Source: a virus | Lineage: Duplodnaviria > Caudoviricetes | IMG/VR virus record: IMGVR_UViG_3300028048_000072 | Span: 1 to 64,000 of that record | Reading direction: 5' to 3' (one strand) | Length of the DNA: 64,000 nt | In this document: positions 9,396 through 17,922 of the stretch, one piece after another | Numbering within the stretch: the stretch's first letter is position 1 | How the letters are laid out: each line of letters opens with the position of its first letter | Notes under the pieces: model-generated | Databases searched by the model: none | What the model was told of the DNA's origin: nothing | What the model saw: only the letters and a program-made list of their open reading frames with translations | Program-made: the position numbers and the translations under genes

Positions 9396-10009
9396 TTAAA
9401 ACTGTGCTACATATTCTTGAATTGTGTCTTGAATAAATCTTTCAATGATTTCTTCTTCAACGGGATAACCTCCCCTTTCAAATTCAAAATCATCTTCACT
9501 AATGTAGTTTGGATTAATATTTTCTTCTTTAGCAATTGTAGTAATTGAAATAAGTTTAGGCTCATATTCTACAATTTTAGCACCGTTATAACTAAACATT
9601 GCCATAGAAATTGTCAAATCACAAACTTCAAATCCTTCTTCACGTCTAAAATATCTAGGTTTACACACAACTTCAATAAACGGGTCGTATTCTCTATTAT
9701 TTTCAAGTACCAATAGATAAGCATCTTCTTCACTTTTTCCTTCTGCTACAAATTCATCCATTTCATTTTCCATTGTATCGATTGCAACATCAACATAACT
9801 TCTAACCTTTTTATTCTTAGGTCTATCACCACTTGACCACATCATATCAATATAGATATTTGCATCTGTGGAAATTGAATCTTGATATGATTCTGCATTT
9901 AATGTAGGTTCTACACCTCGCATTCAAAATCCATAAGATAATTATCTTCAAGTGTATTTTCAATTGCTTTTCTTACAACCTTAGATAAGTCTTTAATTAA
10001 TTCTTTCAT
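9396..10009 (-). pseudogene. Acidic hypothetical gene apparently split by a 1-nt frameshift (9911..10009 plus 9396..9923)
   Basis: AAGGAG-ATG at 10009 gives 32 aa ending ...FECEV*. One extra G at GAG GTG TAG would join it to GVEPTLN... of the 175-aa ORF, whose own ATG lacks an RBS. Confidence 0.5.
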
Positions 10010-10063
10010 AAGTTATTCTCCTTATAAGGATAATTATACAAAAAAAAACAATTTGTAAAGAAA

Positions 10064-10414
10064 TCAATCATAGTCATACATCGAATCTTTAGAAATCTCA
10101 TAATCATCTGCGTGAAGTTTTTCAACCTTTTCAGATACTTCCCAATCAAAGTTTTCAACTTCTTCATAATTGATATGAATTCCAAAATACCAATCATCTT
10201 TTTTGAAAATCTGTACTCTACAAGATGGTACTTCATTCTGTTCCATAAAATTGTACAAATCAGTATCAAGAGAAGTAAGTTCTTCTGTAGTAGTATCAAG
10301 TTCCCAATTATTTACGATTCTTGCAATATGATAAAGGTCATTACTTACTTTATCTGCAAAATCTTTTACCAAATTTCCACCAAAAGCATTTGTTACAATT
10401 TCACTTGCTTTCAT
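10064..10414 (-). CDS. Acidic hypothetical protein (early)
   Basis: GAGG RBS and an upstream sigma70-type promoter. Confidence 0.75.
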   Translation of the reverse strand: MKASEIVTNAFGGNLVKDFADKVSNDLYHIARIVNNWELDTTTEELTSLDTDLYNFMEQNEVPSCRVQIFKKDDWYFGIHINYEEVENFDWEVSEKVEKLHADDYEISKDSMYDYD

Positions 10415-10447
10415 ATAAATATCCTCTCATATATCTAAGATGATTAT

Positions 10448-10476
10448 AGTATATTAAATTGATTAAGAAATGTCAA
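10448..10476 (-). promoter_or_regulatory. Sigma70-type promoter TTGACA-17-TATACT
   Basis: Read directly upstream of 10414. Confidence 0.75.
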
Positions 10477-10477
10477 G

Positions 10478-12244
10478 TTATTTTCTAATATAAATTACTT
10501 TTGTAGTACCACAATTATAGATTCTATAAATTTTATTCTTGAAACAGATATTCTTTTCTGTATCATTTTCATCAAAATATTTTATAATTCCATTTTCATA
10601 CATTTTCTTTAATTTATTCTTTCTAAAATTACTTTTATGAATTCTTTTATCTTTTACTACAAAATAATAATTCGGTGAGTTTTCTTTTACAATTTTAAAA
10701 CCAACATTAAAATATCCTTTACCATTAAATAAAGATTTATCAATATAACTTACAATTTTATGACAATTATTTATTTTACAGAAATCTTTAATCAACTTTG
10801 AAAATCCACCGACCACTTGATAATTTAATTTAGTTGCCATTCTTGTTAATTCTGTATTTCCATCATGAAAGCCTTTTAATGTGATAGAAATCATCTGTAC
10901 AATTTCATTTTCATAAATAAGTGCATAAAATTTATTTGACCTACAATATCCTTGAATATGATTTTTATTAAGAAATTTTTTAGCATCTTTTCTAGTAATT
11001 TCTTTAAACTCACATTTTCTAGCAAATATTTTTCTTTTATAAATTCCCAATCTTGATGAAATTATTGATTTGCAAATATCTTTTTTATATATCCAATCAT
11101 CTTCAAAAATGTGAATTAAATCTATTCCTTTTTCCTTACATAATTTTGTTTTGTTTAAATGATAATTTTTATCTTTTCCTAGTTCATTATGCCATCTTAA
11201 TCCATTGAATTCTATAGCCAATTTTTTATTTGGAATATAAATATCTAATTCTTTAGGAGAGATTATTCTTTTACAATTTTTAATAATTTTATCTTTATAA
11301 ACAGATTTTACAAAATCAAATACTTCATTTTCTTCATAAGAAGTTCCACTCATTTCTGTTGTAGAAAAATACTCCTTTAATTTTTCAAAAGAATATTCAT
11401 CTACACAAAGATTATTTTTTATCATTATATAATTTAAATTCAATGATTTTATTGCTAAAGTAACAGTAGTTCTATCCTTATCAAAAATCTTTGATAATTC
11501 TGATGCAGAATATAAATTAGATTTATTTTTCATCAATTTTTCAATTCTGCTTTTATTTGCTTTATCCTTTATTTCTTGAAGTTGAAACGGATGTTCTACT
11601 CCATATTTTTCAAGATTATTTTTCTTTGTAAATTCTTTTCTATGAGAAATAAAATATTCCAATTTTTTAATATCTTCATCATGATAAAACGCATTGTGCA
11701 TTATATAAATTGGTTTAATTTTTAATTGCTTAAAATATTTTGTTATCAAACATCTATTTAAATTAAATTTTTTACATAATTGTCGATGTGATGTTAATTT
11801 TAATCCCAATTTAATTTCTTTTTCTTTTATCTTTTCATTTAAAATATTTTTATATCCATGAGTTTTATTTAATTTTTTCTGTAATTCATCTTGTTTTTCT
11901 TCATATTCTTCTTTCAATAATTTTTTTACAGAATCAAATTCATCTGCAGAAAAATAAATATTTCCATCTAACAAACATTCTTCACCACGAATGTTTAATT
12001 TCTTTAATCGTCTGTCTAATGTCGATTTATCAATATTTAATTTTTGGCAAATGTTTTTCTTAGTATATCTGTTTCTTATTTCTTTTTGTTTATCAATTTC
12101 TGATTTTATTTTTTCAAAATTAGATTCTGTTAATTCATAAGGTTTACATTTTAAAAAATGATTCAATGTTAATTTTGTTAGACCCGTTCTTCTTATAATT
12201 TCATTTTTAGATAAAAAAACATCTGATTTACAATCCATAACCAT
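10478..12244 (-). CDS. Free-standing Hef-like endonuclease: wHTH repeats + KYG repeat + PD-(D/E)xK nuclease + GNAT-like C-terminus (copy 1)
   Basis: ELDIYIPNKKLAIEFNGLRWH; ELTRMATKLNYQVVGGFSKL; SYIDKSLFNGKGYFNVGF; RIYNCG. Confidence 0.75.
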   Translation of the reverse strand: MVMDCKSDVFLSKNEIIRRTGLTKLTLNHFLKCKPYELTESNFEKIKSEIDKQKEIRNRYTKKNICQKLNIDKSTLDRRLKKLNIRGEECLLDGNIYFSADEFDSVKKLLKEEYEEKQDELQKKLNKTHGYKNILNEKIKEKEIKLGLKLTSHRQLCKKFNLNRCLITKYFKQLKIKPIYIMHNAFYHDEDIKKLEYFISHRKEFTKKNNLEKYGVEHPFQLQEIKDKANKSRIEKLMKNKSNLYSASELSKIFDKDRTTVTLAIKSLNLNYIMIKNNLCVDEYSFEKLKEYFSTTEMSGTSYEENEVFDFVKSVYKDKIIKNCKRIISPKELDIYIPNKKLAIEFNGLRWHNELGKDKNYHLNKTKLCKEKGIDLIHIFEDDWIYKKDICKSIISSRLGIYKRKIFARKCEFKEITRKDAKKFLNKNHIQGYCRSNKFYALIYENEIVQMISITLKGFHDGNTELTRMATKLNYQVVGGFSKLIKDFCKINNCHKIVSYIDKSLFNGKGYFNVGFKIVKENSPNYYFVVKDKRIHKSNFRKNKLKKMYENGIIKYFDENDTEKNICFKNKIYRIYNCGTTKVIYIRK

Positions 12245-12302
12245 ACCTCACAATTCGGCAAAAGAAGTACAGTTAGCCGAATTGTAATTCAGATGCCTTA
12301 TA

Positions 12303-12480
12303 TTTATATTAAATTAAGTTTGGTGAACTACGCACCGCCTTTTAAGGCGGTGGCTTTTTGTTTTCGCTTCAACGGCTCAATTTGCATAACCAATCGACTA
12401 GCAATTGATTGTGTAGTGACTGATACCTCAGCGGAGGCTTGTTCCAAGCACTCAGTTCTTTTAGTCGAACCAAACAGTTT
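12303..12480 (-). ncRNA. Predicted TnpB omegaRNA/reRNA; guide approximately CAAACTTAATTTAATATAAA
   Basis: TnpB reRNAs are known to overlap the tnpB 3' end and right end, with the guide taken from flanking DNA. Hairpin 12333..12352 and the TTCAC end are seen; the 5' boundary is approximate. Confidence 0.55.
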
Positions 12481-13617
12481 TACATTTTTAGAAGCATGAA
12501 CATCCCTATCTCTTGAATATCCGCAATCACAAACATAAGTTCTTTCATCAAGTGTGACCATATTCAGACATCCACAATTAGGACAAAATTTAGTTGTAGG
12601 TAGCCATTTGGAAATTTTGTAACTTCTTCCACTCTTTTCAAGAGCAACAAGTTTTCCTTTAACTCTACCTAAGCAAGATGATTGTACTTGTCTTCCAAAA
12701 GAAAATCCACATTTTTTCATCTGCTTATTTTTCTTCCATTTTGTAATCTGCTCATCTTGAAAATAAATTACATCATAATTTTTAAGAAGATGAGAAACAA
12801 TCTTATTTGCAACATCATCTTTTTGATTAGATATATGTTCATACTCCTTCTGAATTTGATTAAGCAATTTGTAATAACGCTTTGAACCTTTTTGTTTCTT
12901 GTGCAACTGTCGTTGCAAATACTTCAAGTATTCAGTTTCTTGCTTATTACAATCAAACTTTTCTCCATCAGAAGTTGTTATTGCAGTCTTAATGCCAAAA
13001 TCAAGACCAACTGTTTTATTTGTTTTTATTACATTACTTTCTTTAGGAAAGAATACAGTAACCATTATATAAAATCCACTAGATTTACGAATTAAATTCG
13101 CATTTGCTATCTCAAAATTAGGAATATTTATAAACTGTTCCAATCCGTAAACTGATAATTTCCTAAACATAGGAATTGAAACTGTTTTAGATGATTTTAT
13201 TTTTAACATTCCTGTACGAAGATAGATTCTATTTACACTCTTTCTGAATTTTAACGCACCAACTTGAATTCCTTTCTTTTTTGCTTTTGAAAGATTACAA
13301 ATGTCAGTTTTTACAGAATTTACTAATTCTTGATGTACTCCAGTCTGCAATGTAATTTTCCGTTCGGCATTGTTTCCATCCTTGTCTTTATTTGTTACAG
13401 TTCTATGGTCTTTATAATTATAATTAAAAATATCATTTGAACCAATTACATCATTAATTACCCACTTGGCTTGTCTAAAGCAATCGTTTAATTTTTGAAA
13501 ATCTTCTTTAGAAGTATGATGACAATTAATCTTCAACTCAAATACTTTCAGATATTGAGTTTTTCTTTTAAGATAAGTTTCTTTATGACTTTGTTTAATT
13601 TTCTCGTTCTTTGTCAT
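12328..13617 (-). CDS. tnpB: RNA-guided nuclease TnpB
   Basis: RuvC-I VGLDFGIK, KKQKGSKRY bridge region, CPNCG...CDCG zinc finger, RuvC-III DRDVHASKN. Confidence 0.9.
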   Translation of the reverse strand: MTKNEKIKQSHKETYLKRKTQYLKVFELKINCHHTSKEDFQKLNDCFRQAKWVINDVIGSNDIFNYNYKDHRTVTNKDKDGNNAERKITLQTGVHQELVNSVKTDICNLSKAKKKGIQVGALKFRKSVNRIYLRTGMLKIKSSKTVSIPMFRKLSVYGLEQFINIPNFEIANANLIRKSSGFYIMVTVFFPKESNVIKTNKTVGLDFGIKTAITTSDGEKFDCNKQETEYLKYLQRQLHKKQKGSKRYYKLLNQIQKEYEHISNQKDDVANKIVSHLLKNYDVIYFQDEQITKWKKNKQMKKCGFSFGRQVQSSCLGRVKGKLVALEKSGRSYKISKWLPTTKFCPNCGCLNMVTLDERTYVCDCGYSRDRDVHASKNVKLFGSTKRTECLEQASAEVSVTTQSIASRLVMQIEPLKRKQKATALKGGA

Positions 13618-13702
13618 ATTTCTTTATTAAGATAATTACCCCTTTAATAAAACTTTTCACATATTGTATAGTAATATAGTTAAGATTGCAAGTATGATTT
13701 TA

Positions 13703-13746
13703 CAACAATTCATATTCCACCCTTTAGGGTGGAATATGAATTGTTG
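13703..13746. repeat. Perfect 21-bp inverted repeat (IS left-end hairpin and/or tail tube terminator)
   Basis: CAACAATTCATATTCCACCCT-TT-AGGGTGGAATATGAATTGTTG. Confidence 0.85.
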
Positions 13747-13770
13747 ATTTTATATAAAAAATCAACTCAA

Positions 13771-14325
13771 TTATGCAGAAGGAAATTTAACATTCATACA
13801 ATCAAGTGTTACTGAACATTCAATAGGTTCACCATTACTTTCGTCAAATGAAATAGCATCAATAGATTTTGGATAAGCACCTTGCCCAACCCATATATTA
13901 TTTGGTGTCGCAGTTTCGGTAAGATTAGTCAATGACCATACTTCAACATCTGTACGGAAAGTAGAACCACCTCCGCCTTCACCGTTAGCACCACTATCGC
14001 TACCCATTGCCATAGTTTGATTGTTTTGAACATATTGCATCCATGTCATAAGAGAATTATAACATCTCCAATATTTATCTGCTCTAAATGTGAATGAAAT
14101 TTCAGGTGTAAAACTCATTACCCCGCTAGGTCTATTAAATTTACGACCACGTTTATTAATTTCGTATGTTTCGATTTCATAACTAGGTAAATCTACAGTT
14201 AAAACTCGCATATTAATTTCTGCAATATTTGTACCTAAAAAAGAAAAAGCGGGAATCACAATTTGAAAATGATTTTGCAAAGCATCTTCACCCATTGTTG
14301 CTAATACATCTATCATGTGTGCCAT
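13771..14325 (-). CDS. Tail tube protein (gp19-like)
   Basis: 'NHFQIVIP...VDLPS...ISFTFR...LMTWMQ...GAYPKSIDAISFD...ECSVTL'; TAACTAT and AAGGAG upstream. Confidence 0.85.
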   Translation of the reverse strand: MAHMIDVLATMGEDALQNHFQIVIPAFSFLGTNIAEINMRVLTVDLPSYEIETYEINKRGRKFNRPSGVMSFTPEISFTFRADKYWRCYNSLMTWMQYVQNNQTMAMGSDSGANGEGGGGSTFRTDVEVWSLTNLTETATPNNIWVGQGAYPKSIDAISFDESNGEPIECSVTLDCMNVKFPSA

Positions 14326-14341
14326 ATAAATCTCCTTATTA

Positions 14342-14359
14342 TAACTATAAATATAGTTA
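14342..14359. promoter_or_regulatory. Palindromic pair of putative late promoters (TAACTATA-AA-TATAGTTA)
   Basis: TAACTAT on the plus strand faces the nuclease gene; TAACTAT on the minus strand faces the tail tube gene. Confidence 0.6.
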
Positions 14360-14368
14360 ATTTTTCAA

Positions 14369-16105
14369 TTGAATAATCCAACTTTTTCTAATAAAATTAT
14401 TTGTGGAGGAAATATGAAAACTGTATCTGAAATAAGAAAAATCATTTATGATTTACATGGTATAAAATTATCTTATGATGAAATTTGTAAACATTCAAAA
14501 TCAGTAAATCGAATTAGTAGAAAAGTAACATATATTAACGATGATAAAGATGTAATTTCATATTTCTCACTACCTTCTACAGAAAGAAGAAAAATAACTT
14601 GTATTAAAAAATACGGTGAAAATTATATTTCTGATTTTTCCAATAAATCAAAAAATGGAATGATTACAATTGGTGATATTGCAAATGAATTACATAAAGA
14701 TAAAGATTCATTGTTAAAAATATTAAATCATATTAACATAACACCTTTAATTAAAGGAAATAAAAAATTATACAACATTGATGTTATAGATAAAATTAAA
14801 AACTTTATAAATGAACATCCAAACTATTCATCAGAATTTAGAAATGAAAGTATTTATAAAAAATATGGAGTAAATAACGCATCTCAATCTAAAGAAATAA
14901 AAGATAAAAAGAAACAATCATATATTAATCATTATGGATGTGATAATTATATGAAAACAGATGAAGCAAAAGAAAAATTTTCATCTATCGCAAAAAATAA
15001 TTCTGAATCAAGAAAAATTAAAAGAGAAGAAAATTTAGCAAACCTTATAAAAGAATATGAAGATAAAAACGATTGTTTATCCTCTATCCATATAAATGAA
15101 AAATATAATTTAAATTACAATAAATATGGACACATGGCTTTAAAAATTAGAGAATCCAATGTCGATTATACAGTTTATAAAAATAATATTTTTGTAAAAA
15201 ATACGGATATTGATAAATTATTATCTTACATTAGAATCTGTAAAGATTTTCATGTTTCTTCATCAGAAAAAGAAGTTTGTGATTTTATAAAATCTATTTA
15301 TAGTGGTGAAGTTTTAGAAAATAATCGCCACATTATAACACCATCTGAACTTGATATTTTTATTCCAAATAAAAATGTAGCCATAGAATATAACGGATTA
15401 TATTATCATTCTATGATTGATAAAAATTATCATTATAATAAATATGAAAAATGTAAAGATAAAGGAATAAGATTAATTCAATTTTTTGAAGATGAATGGA
15501 TTTTAAAAAATAAAATCTGTAAATCTATAATTAAATCTTCTCTAGGAATTTATGAAAGAAAAATATTCGCTAGAAATTGCAAATTTGAAGAAATAAATTC
15601 TGAAACATATAAATCATTTTTAAATGAAAATCACATTCAAGGATGTGTAAATTCTAAATGGATGTATGGTTTATTTTATAATAATGAACTAGTACAATGC
15701 ATAGGTTTAGGTGCATCACGATTTAAAAAAGGTGAAATTGAACTTCATAGAATGTGTACAAAATTAAACACTCAAATTGTAGGTGGATTTTCTAAATTAA
15801 TGAAAAACACATGTAAAGAATTAAATATAAATAAAGTATATTCTTATGTGGATTTAAGATTATTTAATGGTAAAGGTTATGAATCTAGTTCATGGAAAAT
15901 TGTAGGAAGAAGTAAACCTAATTATTTTTATATTCCTAAAGGATGTAATATTAGAGAATCAAGAATTAAATATCAGAAACATAAATTAAATAAAATACTA
16001 AAATCTTTTGATAAAAATTTATCTGAAAAAGATAATATGTTTAATAACGGATACCGAATAATCTATGATTGTGGAAATCTTAAAGTGAAATATATTAATT
16101 CTTAG
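14369..16105 (+). CDS. Hef-like endonuclease with GNAT-like C-terminus (copy 2); likely start 14414
   Basis: ELDIFIPNKNVAIEYNGLYYH; ELHRMCTKLNTQIVGGFSKL; SYVDLRLFNGKGY; KYG repeats; GGAGG before ATG 14414. Confidence 0.75.
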   Translation: MNNPTFSNKIICGGNMKTVSEIRKIIYDLHGIKLSYDEICKHSKSVNRISRKVTYINDDKDVISYFSLPSTERRKITCIKKYGENYISDFSNKSKNGMITIGDIANELHKDKDSLLKILNHINITPLIKGNKKLYNIDVIDKIKNFINEHPNYSSEFRNESIYKKYGVNNASQSKEIKDKKKQSYINHYGCDNYMKTDEAKEKFSSIAKNNSESRKIKREENLANLIKEYEDKNDCLSSIHINEKYNLNYNKYGHMALKIRESNVDYTVYKNNIFVKNTDIDKLLSYIRICKDFHVSSSEKEVCDFIKSIYSGEVLENNRHIITPSELDIFIPNKNVAIEYNGLYYHSMIDKNYHYNKYEKCKDKGIRLIQFFEDEWILKNKICKSIIKSSLGIYERKIFARNCKFEEINSETYKSFLNENHIQGCVNSKWMYGLFYNNELVQCIGLGASRFKKGEIELHRMCTKLNTQIVGGFSKLMKNTCKELNINKVYSYVDLRLFNGKGYESSSWKIVGRSKPNYFYIPKGCNIRESRIKYQKHKLNKILKSFDKNLSEKDNMFNNGYRIIYDCGNLKVKYINS

Positions 16106-16168
16106 TCCATTTTACTTTCATTATACACAATCATAAATACGATAAAATCCGTTATCTTTCATATTAGA
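16095..16168 (-). pseudogene. Relic C-terminal fragment of a further Hef-like paralog
   Basis: Minus strand reads SNMKDNGFYRIYDC-(frameshift)-IMKVKWTKN*, matching the family C-terminus NMENNGYYRIYDCGTIKVKYIKS. Confidence 0.7.
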
Positions 16169-16189
16169 AAGAAGAAAATGAATTGCATT

Positions 16190-17797
16190 TTAAATTTTTA
16201 ACTTTAATCTTATTTTACCACAATCCCAAATCCAATTAATACCATTTTTCGCCATATTTTCAAATTCAGTTTCATTTTTATTAAAATATTTTAATTCACC
16301 AATTTCTACTTTTCTTTTAATTTTATTTTTTTGATAATTCATTCTATTAACTTTTCTATCATTAACAATATACCAATATGTAGGTGGACATTCCATATCA
16401 AATTTAAATCCTACTTGTTCATAACCTTTACCATTAAACCATGCTCTAAATACATAAGAATTCATTTCAGTTATATCAAATGTTTTTATGGAATAATTTA
16501 CTAATTTTGAAAACCCACCCATAACTTGACAATTTAATTTTGTAGCCATTCGATTTAATTCCCATATATTATTTAATCCATTATAATTAATTCCTACAGA
16601 TTGAACTAATTCATCATTATAAAATAATCCTATATAATGAGATGCTTTAGCGAAACCTTGTAAATGATTTTCATCCATAAAATTTTTATAAACATTAAAG
16701 TTCAATTCTTTTATTTCACATTTTCTCGCAAATATTTTTCTTTCATAAATTCCCAATGAACTTGCAATCATGGATTTCACAATATCCTTATTATAAAGCC
16801 AATCATCTTCGTATACATGAATTAATCGAATATTCTTTTGTTCACAAAGTTTTGTTTTATTAAAATGATAATTTTTATCTTTAAATTTATTACTATGATA
16901 ATAAACACCATTAAATTCAATTGCTACATTTTTATTAGGAACATAAATATCAAGTTCTAATGGAAATATTACCTTTCTATCATTTTCAACAATTTTATCA
17001 TCATAAATAGATTTAATAAATTCTAATAATTCTTTTTCTACATTAGAAACTCTTTTAGAAACAGATATTTTTATATAATCTTCTATTTTATATAATTCTG
17101 ATTCATGTATATAATATGAATCAGAAATTTTCATAATATTAATATTTTTAATTTTAAGAATATCTAACATATTATCATAACATCTTTCATATTTTTGACA
17201 AAGTTCTGATACAGAAAATAAATTTTCAAATTTTTTTAATCTAATTTTCTTATTTTCATTTTTTACAAATTTAGATTTATCAATGATTTCTTTATTTTTC
17301 ATTGGATTATCCACACCATATTTTTTAATCATCGATTTTTTATGAATTTCTGATGAAAAAGAACCGTATGTTTTATCACCATATTTTTTCAATTTAGTAT
17401 TAAACATTTTATTTAAAATATCTTTATTTTGAGAAGGATTTTCTACACCATGATTTTTTAAACTTGTAAATTTCTTTTTATTCTTAATTTCATTAGATTG
17501 AGAAATATTATTTACACCATATTTTTCTTTAACTGTATTATCTGCTTTTTCTTTAACAGATTTTAATTTCATAGGATTATCTACACCATATTTTTTCAAA
17601 AAAGTTTGTTTTTGAAAAAATGTTCTTGTGTTTGGATTTTCTTTAATAAAAAGATTTAATTTATCAAAATCTTCTTGTGAAAAAATTAAAAATTTTCCTT
17701 TTTTAATGAGTTGTATATTTAAATATTCTCTTACCTTTTTTAAAGTTGCTTTATTGAGATTAAAATATTGATTTACATACTTTACTGTATAATCCAT
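16190..17797 (-). CDS. Hef-like endonuclease with GNAT-like C-terminus (copy 3)
   Basis: Five KYG-type repeats; ELDIYVPNKNVAIEFNGVYYH; ELNRMATKLNCQVMGGFSKL; WIWDCG. Confidence 0.75.
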   Translation of the reverse strand: MDYTVKYVNQYFNLNKATLKKVREYLNIQLIKKGKFLIFSQEDFDKLNLFIKENPNTRTFFQKQTFLKKYGVDNPMKLKSVKEKADNTVKEKYGVNNISQSNEIKNKKKFTSLKNHGVENPSQNKDILNKMFNTKLKKYGDKTYGSFSSEIHKKSMIKKYGVDNPMKNKEIIDKSKFVKNENKKIRLKKFENLFSVSELCQKYERCYDNMLDILKIKNINIMKISDSYYIHESELYKIEDYIKISVSKRVSNVEKELLEFIKSIYDDKIVENDRKVIFPLELDIYVPNKNVAIEFNGVYYHSNKFKDKNYHFNKTKLCEQKNIRLIHVYEDDWLYNKDIVKSMIASSLGIYERKIFARKCEIKELNFNVYKNFMDENHLQGFAKASHYIGLFYNDELVQSVGINYNGLNNIWELNRMATKLNCQVMGGFSKLVNYSIKTFDITEMNSYVFRAWFNGKGYEQVGFKFDMECPPTYWYIVNDRKVNRMNYQKNKIKRKVEIGELKYFNKNETEFENMAKNGINWIWDCGKIRLKLKI

Positions 17798-17922
17798 ATC
17801 TAACTCCTTAGAAAAAATAAGGAAGAATGAAATTAATCATTCTTCCTTATGTATGTTTCACAACATTCTATCAAAGTTTAAGTTATCACTTGATTTTAGT
17901 CAAGTGATAATTTTTAATTTGA

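Larger units (their letters stand above)
12323..13753 (-). mobile_element. IS200/IS605-family non-autonomous (tnpB-only) element
   Basis: Contains tnpB; right end GCCACCGCCTTAAAAGGCGGTGCGTAGTTCAC ends at 12323; long palindrome 13703..13746 near the left end; left boundary inferred after TTTAT (13758..13754); no tnpA in the window. Confidence 0.7.

Noticed and set aside
12323-13753. Cas12-type CRISPR effector or IStron
   Set aside because: No repeat-spacer array is nearby; the element is intergenic, and the short leader leaves no room for a group I intron.
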